A stretch of DNA of 27,306 nucleotides from an uncultured Isosphaeraceae bacterium (lineage in GTDB: Bacteria > Planctomycetota > Phycisphaerae > Phycisphaerales > SM1A02): the NCBI GenBank assembly GCA_964567915.1, contig CAZMPA010000002.1, forward strand, positions 1 to 27,306. The letters are read 5' to 3'. Below, piece after piece: positions 18,085 to 25,072 of this stretch (position 1 is its first letter; each line of letters opens with the position of its first letter). Made by a program: the position numbers and the translations under genes. Below the pieces are notes generated by a model. It ran no database searches. It had not been told where the DNA came from and worked only from the letters and a program-made list of their open reading frames with translations.

Positions 18085-18807
18085 TCAGCCGGCGGCATCC
18101 CACGCATGTCGCATCGCCGACAGCGCCGCCGTCGGATCCGCCAGAAAGCGAAGGTCTGCGACAACCGGTCGGCTTGGGGCCGCCACCCGGCAAGCCGTCC
18201 TGTAGGCAAGTACGTCGAGGCTCCCGCCAGCACCTGGCGCCGACCGGACGCCACCGACCAGATCACAGAACCGCGCAGCAGCAAGTGGGTTGGCCGCGGC
18301 CGCAACCGGATCCTCCCCCGCTTCCAGAAGAACTGGCGGATCAACGCACGGAACACACCACGGCGGCGGCTCCGCTCCGGAAACGGCGAGCCGGACTCCT
18401 GCCTCCGCAGCCGCCCCGCTCATCGCGTCCTGCACATCGGCGGAGAGCGTCGCCTCCGGCAGTCGCATCGTCACAGAACATCTCCCCAGCTCGCCGGCCA
18501 GCCCGCAGGCCGCCCGCACTGCATCGATCGCCCGATCGACCGTGGAAGCATCCTGCAGGTGCTCGATTGGGATCCAGAGGTCCAGCCCGGCAGCGACCAG
18601 GCCCGCGCGGCGAAGTGCCAGTGCGAGATCCCGACGGGCCGAGGCCGTCATGTCGCGTGGACGCAGGCCGTTGGGACCAGAGGCCGCAAGCTGCGCCGCC
18701 CGCCACCCGTCGCGGCCAAGCCGGGCGATCGCCGCTCGCAGGTCGCGGCCAAGCTCACACACAGTGGGCGCCAAGGGCGCTTCTGGAAAGTCGTCATCCC
18801 ATGCCAT
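18085..18807 (-). CDS. Divergent xylose-isomerase-like / AP_endonuc_2 TIM-barrel protein
   Basis: DLRAAIARL..DGWRAAQL, SARRDLALALRRAGL, AIDAVRAACGLAGELG, G.GSLDV..Y resemble sugar-phosphate isomerase/epimerase barrels. Start set at ATG 18807 from the -10 position. Confidence 0.65.
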   Translation of the reverse strand: MAWDDDFPEAPLAPTVCELGRDLRAAIARLGRDGWRAAQLAASGPNGLRPRDMTASARRDLALALRRAGLVAAGLDLWIPIEHLQDASTVDRAIDAVRAACGLAGELGRCSVTMRLPEATLSADVQDAMSGAAAEAGVRLAVSGAEPPPWCVPCVDPPVLLEAGEDPVAAAANPLAAARFCDLVGGVRSAPGAGGSLDVLAYRTACRVAAPSRPVVADLRFLADPTAALSAMRHAWDAAG

Positions 18808-18814
18808 GCGCGGA

Positions 18815-18834
18815 AGCCTATCAGGCGATACCGT
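18815..18834. promoter_or_regulatory. Back-to-back -10 hexamers (TAGGCT on minus 18820-18815; TACCGT on plus 18829-18834): bidirectional leaderless promoter
   Basis: 7 nt to ATG 18807 (minus) and 6 nt to ATG 18841 (plus); only 33 bp separate the two start codons. Confidence 0.65.
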
Positions 18835-18840
18835 GCCGCC

Positions 18841-19284
18841 ATGTCCAGCACGCCGTTCATCGAGACATCGCTCGTATCCGGTCCCGTCCAACCTGGCGGC
18901 TTCGACCTGACGCCGACAGCCGGCGCCGAGGTTGTGTTCCTCGGCAGGACGCGGGGGGAACGGCACGAGCGACACGGCGATCTGCAACACCTGGACTACG
19001 AAGCACACCCCGAGATGGCGGCACGCCTCCTGCAGGAGTTGGCCGAGCAGGCTGCAGACCAGTGGCCCCTGCACGCAGTTCGACTGCGGCACGCGACCGG
19101 TGTCGTCGCGCCGGGCGAAGCGAGCGTCGCCATCGAGGTGCTGTCAGGCCACCGGGCCGAGGCATTTGAAGCCTGCCGATGGCTGATTGACACGCTCAAG
19201 GTCAGACTCCCAATCTGGAAACGCGAAGTCTGGTCGGACGGAACGACGTGGGTGAACGGCACACCCGTCAGGCCCAGCACGTGA
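18841..19284 (+). CDS. moaE: Molybdopterin synthase catalytic subunit
   Basis: GAEVVFLGRTR, LDYEAHPEMA, HATGVVAPGEASVAI, HRAEAFEACRWLIDTLK..LPIWKREVWSDGTTWV. Start set at ATG 18841. Confidence 0.93.
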   Translation: MSSTPFIETSLVSGPVQPGGFDLTPTAGAEVVFLGRTRGERHERHGDLQHLDYEAHPEMAARLLQELAEQAADQWPLHAVRLRHATGVVAPGEASVAIEVLSGHRAEAFEACRWLIDTLKVRLPIWKREVWSDGTTWVNGTPVRPST

Positions 19285-19979
19285 GCCCCGCTCGACCGCC
19301 AGCCGTCGCGACCCCGGCCCAGAAAGCGCGAGCGACACGTCTCTACAAGGCGCTTGAAGCCGCGTGGCCAAACGCCACGTGCGAGCTGACCTGGAATGAG
19401 CCCCATGAGTTGCTGATTGCGACCATTCTCTCTGCGCAGAGCACGGATGTGGCCGTCAATGCGGCGACACCAGCACTCTTCAGAGCCTTTCCCAGCATCG
19501 ACGCGTTCGCGGCGGCCGAACCAGCGGATATCGAGCCCCATATCGCCACGATCGGTCTCTTTCGCAACAAGGCCAGGGCCGTCGTCGAGTCAATGCGCCG
19601 AGTCCGCGACGCATACGGCGGTGAGGTTCCGTCAACCATGAAGGACCTCGTCACGCTGCGAGGCGTGGCCCGCAAGACGGCCAACGTCGTGCTCGGCAAT
19701 GCGTTTGGCATCAACGAAGGCGTCGTCGTGGACACGCACGTCTCACGGCTCGCGTGGCGGTTCGGGTTGACCGACCACGAGGGGAAGGTTGATCGAATCG
19801 AGCAGGACCTCATGGCACGATTCCCTCGAAACCGATGGACGATGCTCAGCCACTTACTTGTCTTCCATGGACGTTATGCCTGCAAAGCGAGGCACTGCGT
19901 GTGTGGCGAGCATCTTGTGTGCGCGAAGTTTGGACTCGCCGATCGCTGCTCGTGCGCGGCCACCCCCAGGCAATCCTGA
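19281..19979 (+). CDS. nth: Endonuclease III
   Basis: ELLIATILSAQSTD..VN, IGLFRNKA, HhH LRGVARKTANVVL (catalytic Lys), VVDTHV (catalytic Asp), HGR..CKAR. GTG 19281 overlaps the moaE stop. Fe-S motif is non-canonical. Confidence 0.96.
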   Translation: MSPARPPAVATPAQKARATRLYKALEAAWPNATCELTWNEPHELLIATILSAQSTDVAVNAATPALFRAFPSIDAFAAAEPADIEPHIATIGLFRNKARAVVESMRRVRDAYGGEVPSTMKDLVTLRGVARKTANVVLGNAFGINEGVVVDTHVSRLAWRFGLTDHEGKVDRIEQDLMARFPRNRWTMLSHLLVFHGRYACKARHCVCGEHLVCAKFGLADRCSCAATPRQS

Positions 19980-19990
19980 ACGATGCCTGG

Positions 19991-21451
19991 TCAGTAGATC
20001 TCGCGGACGACTCCGAAACCGCCGTGGGCCGACGCGTACGCGACCCCGCCACCGAGAATCAACGGTTCAATCGCAATCACCGGCCCATCCACCAGCACGC
20101 CAAGTCGCCTCGACGTTGCCGACTCATCGTCTGTGCCAGACAGCATCAGCAGGAGGATGCCTCCGTCATGCCCCAGCCAGAATGCGTCCTCGGTGGAAGC
20201 GACACACCGGAACCGACCTCCGCCCGGGGGCTGCAGACGCTGCACGCCGGCGGGCGACTCCAATTCGGCCGCCCCGTCTTCGCCAATCGTCACTGTCCAA
20301 CCGAGCACCGATGCCGTTTGAGCCGGCGGCGGAAGCTGCGTGCCGTCCGAGTCAATCTGCGTCGGCTCCCGGCCCGGTCGATAGGCCCAGCGGCCGTGAG
20401 GCGAATCCGCAATCAGCATCTCACCATCAGACGCCGCGCTGGTGAGCCCGGCCGGCGCGTGCGTCCAGTGCACGGCGGAGGCCAGCGGGTCGGCGCTGCC
20501 AACGTCCACAATGCCGCGTCCAAACGTACCAGCCACTGCCAATCGTTCCATAGTCAACCAGTCCGCGTCCTGCACACCATCGACATCGGTCCAGGACTCA
20601 CGCAGCAGACCATGGCCAGTCAGTCGATACACGCCGAAACCCCTGGTCGATACGACGAGCAGCCGGCTCCCCCGCTGGCGAAGACGAACAACCTCCCCCG
20701 GCACCGCCGACGACCAGCGATTGGGGTCAAGTTCCCTGCAGTCCTCGCCGAGAACGCCCACGAGTGCGCCCGCCCGCTCGTTGCGAGCAAAGAGCATCGC
20801 ACCATCCGGAAGCGATGGGTGCGGCTCTGCGGCCTCAAGCAGCGAGGCGGTTCCGACGTAGCGACCGCCAGCACGCCGGTGGATGCGGCGGCCACTCACA
20901 TGCAGCACCCGGCCCCCCGTCGCAACAATGCTCTTGACCGGATCACCATCCGTTCGCACGACTACCTCCCCATCCAGGGTTCTGGCGCCACCCGGCCCGA
21001 GCGTCACCACGGTATCGCCCCACTCCTCCAGCCCTTGTGGCCAGCAACCCAAATCAGTTCCCGAAACGCGGTCCATTTCGACCGGCCTCCACGGGTTCTC
21101 ACGGTTGAGCACGACGACCTCGACGTCTCCGAGCAGGACCACGATCTCCCCGTCGGTGACGACCAGATCTGATGCATTGGGCACGGTGCCGGATGAGGCC
21201 AGCGATGTCGTCGAAATCACCCGACCACGCTCGTCAATGGCCAACAGGTCCGTTCCCGAGAGCTGGTACCAGACACCGTCCCGCACCTGGAGGCGTCGCT
21301 GGGTCCCGTGGGTCGAGTGGTCGATGGCGATCGACTCGGTCCGCGGTCTCGTGGACGTCTCAGGCTTCCACTGGGAAGCGCACCCCCCGGTCGCTCCCAT
21401 GAGCATCGCCAGTAGGATGGAACGCGAGCCGCTGAGCCTGATGGTTGGCAT
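19991..21451 (-). CDS. Hypothetical lipoprotein, probable beta-propeller (LVIVD-like blades)
   Basis: Start ATG 21451, lipobox-like TGGC, and repeated 4-strand units such as SDLVVTDGEIVVLLGDVEVVVLNRENPWRP. Confidence 0.7.
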   Translation of the reverse strand: MPTIRLSGSRSILLAMLMGATGGCASQWKPETSTRPRTESIAIDHSTHGTQRRLQVRDGVWYQLSGTDLLAIDERGRVISTTSLASSGTVPNASDLVVTDGEIVVLLGDVEVVVLNRENPWRPVEMDRVSGTDLGCWPQGLEEWGDTVVTLGPGGARTLDGEVVVRTDGDPVKSIVATGGRVLHVSGRRIHRRAGGRYVGTASLLEAAEPHPSLPDGAMLFARNERAGALVGVLGEDCRELDPNRWSSAVPGEVVRLRQRGSRLLVVSTRGFGVYRLTGHGLLRESWTDVDGVQDADWLTMERLAVAGTFGRGIVDVGSADPLASAVHWTHAPAGLTSAASDGEMLIADSPHGRWAYRPGREPTQIDSDGTQLPPPAQTASVLGWTVTIGEDGAAELESPAGVQRLQPPGGGRFRCVASTEDAFWLGHDGGILLLMLSGTDDESATSRRLGVLVDGPVIAIEPLILGGGVAYASAHGGFGVVREIY

Positions 21452-21458
21452 GCGGCGC

Positions 21459-21464
21459 AGGATA
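21459..21464 (-). promoter_or_regulatory. -10 hexamer TATCCT, leaderless start of the lipoprotein gene
   Basis: Minus strand TATCCT-gcgccgc-ATG(21451): 7-nt spacing. Confidence 0.6.
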
Positions 21465-21489
21465 CGAAAGGTCCACCCGAGCGACCACC

Positions 21490-21810
21490 ATGGCTGACCG
21501 CATCGAACAACTTCGCCGCATGCTTGATTCTGACCCCGAGGACGCCTTCTGCCTCTACGCGCTCGGTATGGAGTATGCGGGCCAAGGAGAACATCAGGCC
21601 GCCGCAGCACATCTCGAGCAATCGCTTGGCTCGGATCCAGACCAGCCCTACGCCTGCTTCCAACTTGCCAGATCGCTCGCTCAACTCCGACGCTCGGCAG
21701 ACGCGGCGTCTGCGATCGACCGCGGGCTTGAGATCGCGCAGGCGCAAGGCGACGAAAAGGCGTTTGGGGAACTGGCGGAACTCAAGGTCTCACTTCGACT
21801 TGATGACTGA
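21490..21810 (+). CDS. Small tetratricopeptide-repeat protein
   Basis: RIEQLRRML..DPEDAFCLYALGMEY...A...LEQSL..DPDQPYACFQLARSL...A...I.RG: two to three TPRs. Confidence 0.85.
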   Translation: MADRIEQLRRMLDSDPEDAFCLYALGMEYAGQGEHQAAAAHLEQSLGSDPDQPYACFQLARSLAQLRRSADAASAIDRGLEIAQAQGDEKAFGELAELKVSLRLDD

Positions 21811-22441
21811 CGTGGCATGCATCACCGCCATCACCGCAGACCCGCGTGAGCCGGACCTCCGGCGAATCCAGGCGGCTGGTCGGTGCGTGGCCCGAATTCG
21901 ACACGTTGACGTGGATGCGATGCGCCTGCGTGTCGGAGATCCCCTCAATGCGTCACTGCTCGCAGGTCTCGAAGCGGCCGATCGACGCGCTGCCTTGCGG
22001 GTTCGGGCCATCCGGTCCCTCTCTCGGGCCGCGGCGAGCCGCAAGAAGCTTGAGTCGCGGCTGGCCAGGCACGGAACAGAGGACGACATTGCGCAGGTGC
22101 TCGACAACCTGACCGCTGACGGCATTGTGGACGATGTGCTGGCGGCCGCGCAACTCGTCACCGAGACCCTTCGCCGCGAGCCGGTCGGGCGAACCAAGTT
22201 GCTGCAGATGTTGACGAGCCGGGGGTTCGGTCAGGACGTATCGGAACGCGTTGTTGACGATGCACTCCGAGACCGGGACGGCAGGCAGGACCTGTCAGAA
22301 GCAGCCACACGCGCTGCTCGCGGGCTGCATGGACTTCCGCGAGACACCGCTGCGCGACGGCTGGCGGGCAGGTTGGGGCGACGGGGGTTCGACGAGGACG
22401 CCGTCGCCGAAGCAATCCGGTCCATTCTGCCGGAGGAGTAG
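21803..22441 (+). CDS. recX: RecX-family regulatory protein
   Basis: RAIRSLSRAAASRKKLESRL, LDNLTADGIVDD, GRTKLLQMLTSRGF, RRLAGRLGRRGFDED: the three-helix repeats of RecX. ATG 21803 overlaps the TPR gene end. Confidence 0.8.
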   Translation: MTDVACITAITADPREPDLRRIQAAGRCVARIRHVDVDAMRLRVGDPLNASLLAGLEAADRRAALRVRAIRSLSRAAASRKKLESRLARHGTEDDIAQVLDNLTADGIVDDVLAAAQLVTETLRREPVGRTKLLQMLTSRGFGQDVSERVVDDALRDRDGRQDLSEAATRAARGLHGLPRDTAARRLAGRLGRRGFDEDAVAEAIRSILPEE

Positions 22442-22451
22442 CCGACCCCGG

Positions 22452-22457
22452 TACCAT
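22452..22457 (+). promoter_or_regulatory. -10 hexamer TACCAT, near-leaderless start of the rhodanese gene
   Basis: TACCAT lies 9 nt before ATG 22467. Confidence 0.45.
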
Positions 22458-22466
22458 CCCCCCCGC

Positions 22467-22844
22467 ATGTCAGGCAGCCCAGATCCAACCCATCAATCGC
22501 CCCAGCCTCAGTCTGGGCCCGAATGTGACATCTGGGAGGTGCAGGCCTCGGACCTGCCGTTGTTGAAGCGGCGGTTCGAAGACCTTCTGCTGCTCGACTG
22601 CCGAACACACCCGGAGTACGACGACGACCACCTCGCCGGCGCCGAGTTGATCCCCATGCAGGAAATCAGCATTCGCCTCGCCGAATTGGATCAATGGGAG
22701 TCTCGAGTCATCGTGGTGTATTGCCGCACCGGACGTCGGTCACGCATTGTGACCCGATACCTGACGCATCGAGGATTCACGTGCGTGCGGTCGCTCGCCG
22801 GCGGCATAGAAGGCGTTCGAAGCGGAGACCCGGCGGCATGCTGA
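22467..22844 (+). CDS. Single-domain rhodanese-like sulfurtransferase
   Basis: LLLDCRTHPEY...HLAGAELIP, active-site loop VVYCRTGRRS, SLAGGI. Confidence 0.9.
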   Translation: MSGSPDPTHQSPQPQSGPECDIWEVQASDLPLLKRRFEDLLLLDCRTHPEYDDDHLAGAELIPMQEISIRLAELDQWESRVIVVYCRTGRRSRIVTRYLTHRGFTCVRSLAGGIEGVRSGDPAAC

Positions 22845-23710
22845 GCAAGCGGCTGATCACGGGCCCCCTTCTCGTCGCCATGCTTGTTCTGATCGTCTGG
22901 CTTGATGACAGCGTCGGAGGCGTCACGCTCGGTAGCGGCGAAGTGCCGCCGGGATTGCCCCTCCTCTTCATCAGTCTGGTGGCGAGCATCTTTGCAAGTC
23001 TGGAACGCAGCGCCATTGCGGTCGCCTCTGGCCGGCGAGCCGCGGCCATCCTGACGATCTTCGGCGGCGGAGCACTGATGGTGGCCATGTGGGCAGGCGG
23101 AAACGGCAATCACGTGGGGTGGCCGGTGCTTGTCGTGCTGGGACTCTGGTTCGCCTCCATGGTTGTGCATGCCCAGGGCAAGCGAACCGAAGGCGTTCTG
23201 GCAGACGCCGCAGTCACGACCGGAATCGCCATCTACGTTGGCGCAGGGCTCGGCTTCTACCTGCTTCTCCGAGCCGATCTCTCAGCCTGGTGGATCGCCG
23301 CCATCGTGCTCATCACCAAGTCGTGCGACATCGGCGCCTACTTCACCGGCTGCTCGATCGGCCGCCATAAGTTGATCCCCTGGCTCAGTCCCGGCAAGAC
23401 CGTCGAGGGCCTGATCGGGGGATGTGTCACCGCCGTCTTCGTGTCACTCGGTGCGACCTATCTGCTTGGGGACGCCGGTTTCACCGCAGTTGACTGGCCG
23501 CTCGCCGCCCTGCTCGGGCTGGTTCTGGCGATCGCCGGGCAGGCCGGAGACCTGACGATGAGCCTGCTGAAACGTGGATGCGGCGTCAAGGACAGCGCAT
23601 CGACGCTTCCCGGTATGGGGGGCGTCATGGACGTGCTCGACTCCATTCTGCTCGGTGGACCCGTTGCATGGTTCGTCCTGACGATCGCCGGTGTGACATC
23701 CGCCCAGTAG
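22838..23710 (+). CDS. cdsA: Phosphatidate cytidylyltransferase
   Basis: TKSCDIGAYFTG, LSPGKTVEGLIGG, GDLTMSLLKR..GVKDS...LPGMGGVMDVLDS, plus multiple TM helices. Start set at ATG 22838. Confidence 0.93.
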   Translation: MLSKRLITGPLLVAMLVLIVWLDDSVGGVTLGSGEVPPGLPLLFISLVASIFASLERSAIAVASGRRAAAILTIFGGGALMVAMWAGGNGNHVGWPVLVVLGLWFASMVVHAQGKRTEGVLADAAVTTGIAIYVGAGLGFYLLLRADLSAWWIAAIVLITKSCDIGAYFTGCSIGRHKLIPWLSPGKTVEGLIGGCVTAVFVSLGATYLLGDAGFTAVDWPLAALLGLVLAIAGQAGDLTMSLLKRGCGVKDSASTLPGMGGVMDVLDSILLGGPVAWFVLTIAGVTSAQ

Positions 23711-23734
23711 GACACTCGTCGATGTGATGGACCG

Positions 23735-23743
23735 TGCTACACT
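23735..23743 (+). promoter_or_regulatory. Extended -10 (TGC-TACACT) upstream of the zinc-ribbon gene
   Basis: TGnTAnnnT match 34 nt before ATG 23778. Confidence 0.6.
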
Positions 23744-23777
23744 GCGCGGCCACGATTCGTCTGCCCCGGAGTGCCCA

Positions 23778-24527
23778 ATGACACTGATCGAAGACCTCCT
23801 CGCGCTCTTTCAGGTTGACCGCCGCTTGCGGAGCCTTCGATCTCGCGTCGACTCAGCGGAGACATACCTACGAGTTCAGCAGGGCCAGATGCAGACGTTG
23901 CAGGCGCGGCAGGACGAGTTGGAAACCCGAAAGCGGCAACGCCAGGCGCACGCCGGCAACCTCGAAACCGAGGCGGCCGGCATCGACGAACGAATTGAGA
24001 AGTTTCGGGAGGAACTCAACTCAACATCCTCGTCGCGTCAGTATCACGCCGTGCTTGCTGAAGTGAACAGCCTGAAGGACAAGCGGTCGGGCATCGATGA
24101 GCAGACGCTCGCCGAGCTTTCAGGCATCGAGGAGATCGACGGGCAGATCACCGAAGTCAATGAACGAGTAGCGGAACGTGCAAAGGTCATCGAGTCCGCA
24201 GAGACTGAACTCGCCAACCGGCGAGACGAGATCAAGGACTCGCTCACGGAGCTCGAAGCCGAGCGAAACGAGAAAGCTGAAGGCATTCCGTCCGGCATCC
24301 AGTCGCTTTTCGACGAGCTCGCCGACGACTTTGAGGGCGAGGTCATGGCGAGCATCGAGCTGATCGACAAGAGACGCCGCGAGTACGCCTGTGACACCTG
24401 CAACGTTCACCTGCCCTTTGACATCGTCAGCCGCGTGACTGGCAGACCGGATGAGATCGTCCAGTGTCAGGGGTGCCTGCGAATCCTCTACGCCAGCCAG
24501 GACGCCCGCGAGGCGTTGGTCAAGTAG
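23778..24527 (+). CDS. CT398/HP0958-like coiled-coil protein with C4 zinc ribbon (DUF164 family)
   Basis: L..LFQVD..L, a long heptad-rich coiled coil, and a C-terminal CDTC...IVQCQGCLRILY. Confidence 0.9.
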   Translation: MTLIEDLLALFQVDRRLRSLRSRVDSAETYLRVQQGQMQTLQARQDELETRKRQRQAHAGNLETEAAGIDERIEKFREELNSTSSSRQYHAVLAEVNSLKDKRSGIDEQTLAELSGIEEIDGQITEVNERVAERAKVIESAETELANRRDEIKDSLTELEAERNEKAEGIPSGIQSLFDELADDFEGEVMASIELIDKRRREYACDTCNVHLPFDIVSRVTGRPDEIVQCQGCLRILYASQDAREALVK

Positions 24528-24543
24528 CCCCGGTCGCTGGCGG

Positions 24544-24549
24544 TACCAT
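24544..24549 (+). promoter_or_regulatory. Putative -10 hexamer TACCAT upstream of nrdR
   Basis: 12 nt before ATG 24562, in the same GGTACCAT context as at 22450. Confidence 0.4.
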
Positions 24550-24561
24550 GGCCCCGACCCC

Positions 24562-25062
24562 ATGATCTGCCCCCGCTGCAATCAAGACGACGACAAGGTC
24601 GTCAACAGCCGGAGTTCCGACGGCGGGCACGTCGTTCGCCGCCGCCGGGAGTGTCAGAACTGCCAGTTTCGATTCACGACTTATGAACGCGCGGAGTCAT
24701 CGGGCAGACTGGTCGTCGTCAAAAAGGACGGCACGCGTGTGCCCTTCAAGCGAGAGAACATCCTCCACGGCATCATCGCTGCCTGCGGCAAGCGGCCTGT
24801 CTCCGAGCAAGCCAAGGATGACGTTGTCGAACGCATCGAGCGAGAGGTCCGGCGAGCATTCGACCGAGAGGTGCCGAGTGTCGAGATTGGCAAACGAGTA
24901 TCAGCCGCCCTGCGGGATCTCGACGAAATCGCCTATATCAGATATGCCAGCGAGTATCGGGAGTTCGACTCACTGACCGAACTGGCCACCGAAGTTTCGA
25001 ATCTCCAGTCGCAGCCCAAAGACCACCCCGGGCAGCAAGACCTCTTCACAGAGAAGAATTGA
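24562..25062 (+). CDS. nrdR: Transcriptional repressor NrdR
   Basis: MxCPxC, VRRRRECxxCxxRFTTYE, ATP-cone VVKKDG.R.PF...EIG, AYIRYASEYREF. Confidence 0.97.
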   Translation: MICPRCNQDDDKVVNSRSSDGGHVVRRRRECQNCQFRFTTYERAESSGRLVVVKKDGTRVPFKRENILHGIIAACGKRPVSEQAKDDVVERIEREVRRAFDREVPSVEIGKRVSAALRDLDEIAYIRYASEYREFDSLTELATEVSNLQSQPKDHPGQQDLFTEKN

Positions 25063-25072
25063 GCAACGGCCC

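Noticed and set aside
17977-18840. Long N-terminal extensions in the ORF track (moaE from 17977, TIM barrel from 19092, recX from 21524, lipoprotein from 21610, cinA from 10871, GT from 14056)
   Set aside because: They overlap genuine genes. Homology begins downstream, and -10 positions or start/stop overlaps identify the shorter starts.
22458-22464. Poly-C/G tracts as phase-variation switches (C7 here, C8 at 26068-26075, G7 near 17345)
   Set aside because: Runs of 7-8 are short and expected at this GC content, and the coding ones are in frame in ordinary genes.
24548-24565. Mini-uORF MAPTP overlapping the nrdR start
   Set aside because: Its ATG lies inside the putative -10 hexamer, and five codons carry no evidence.
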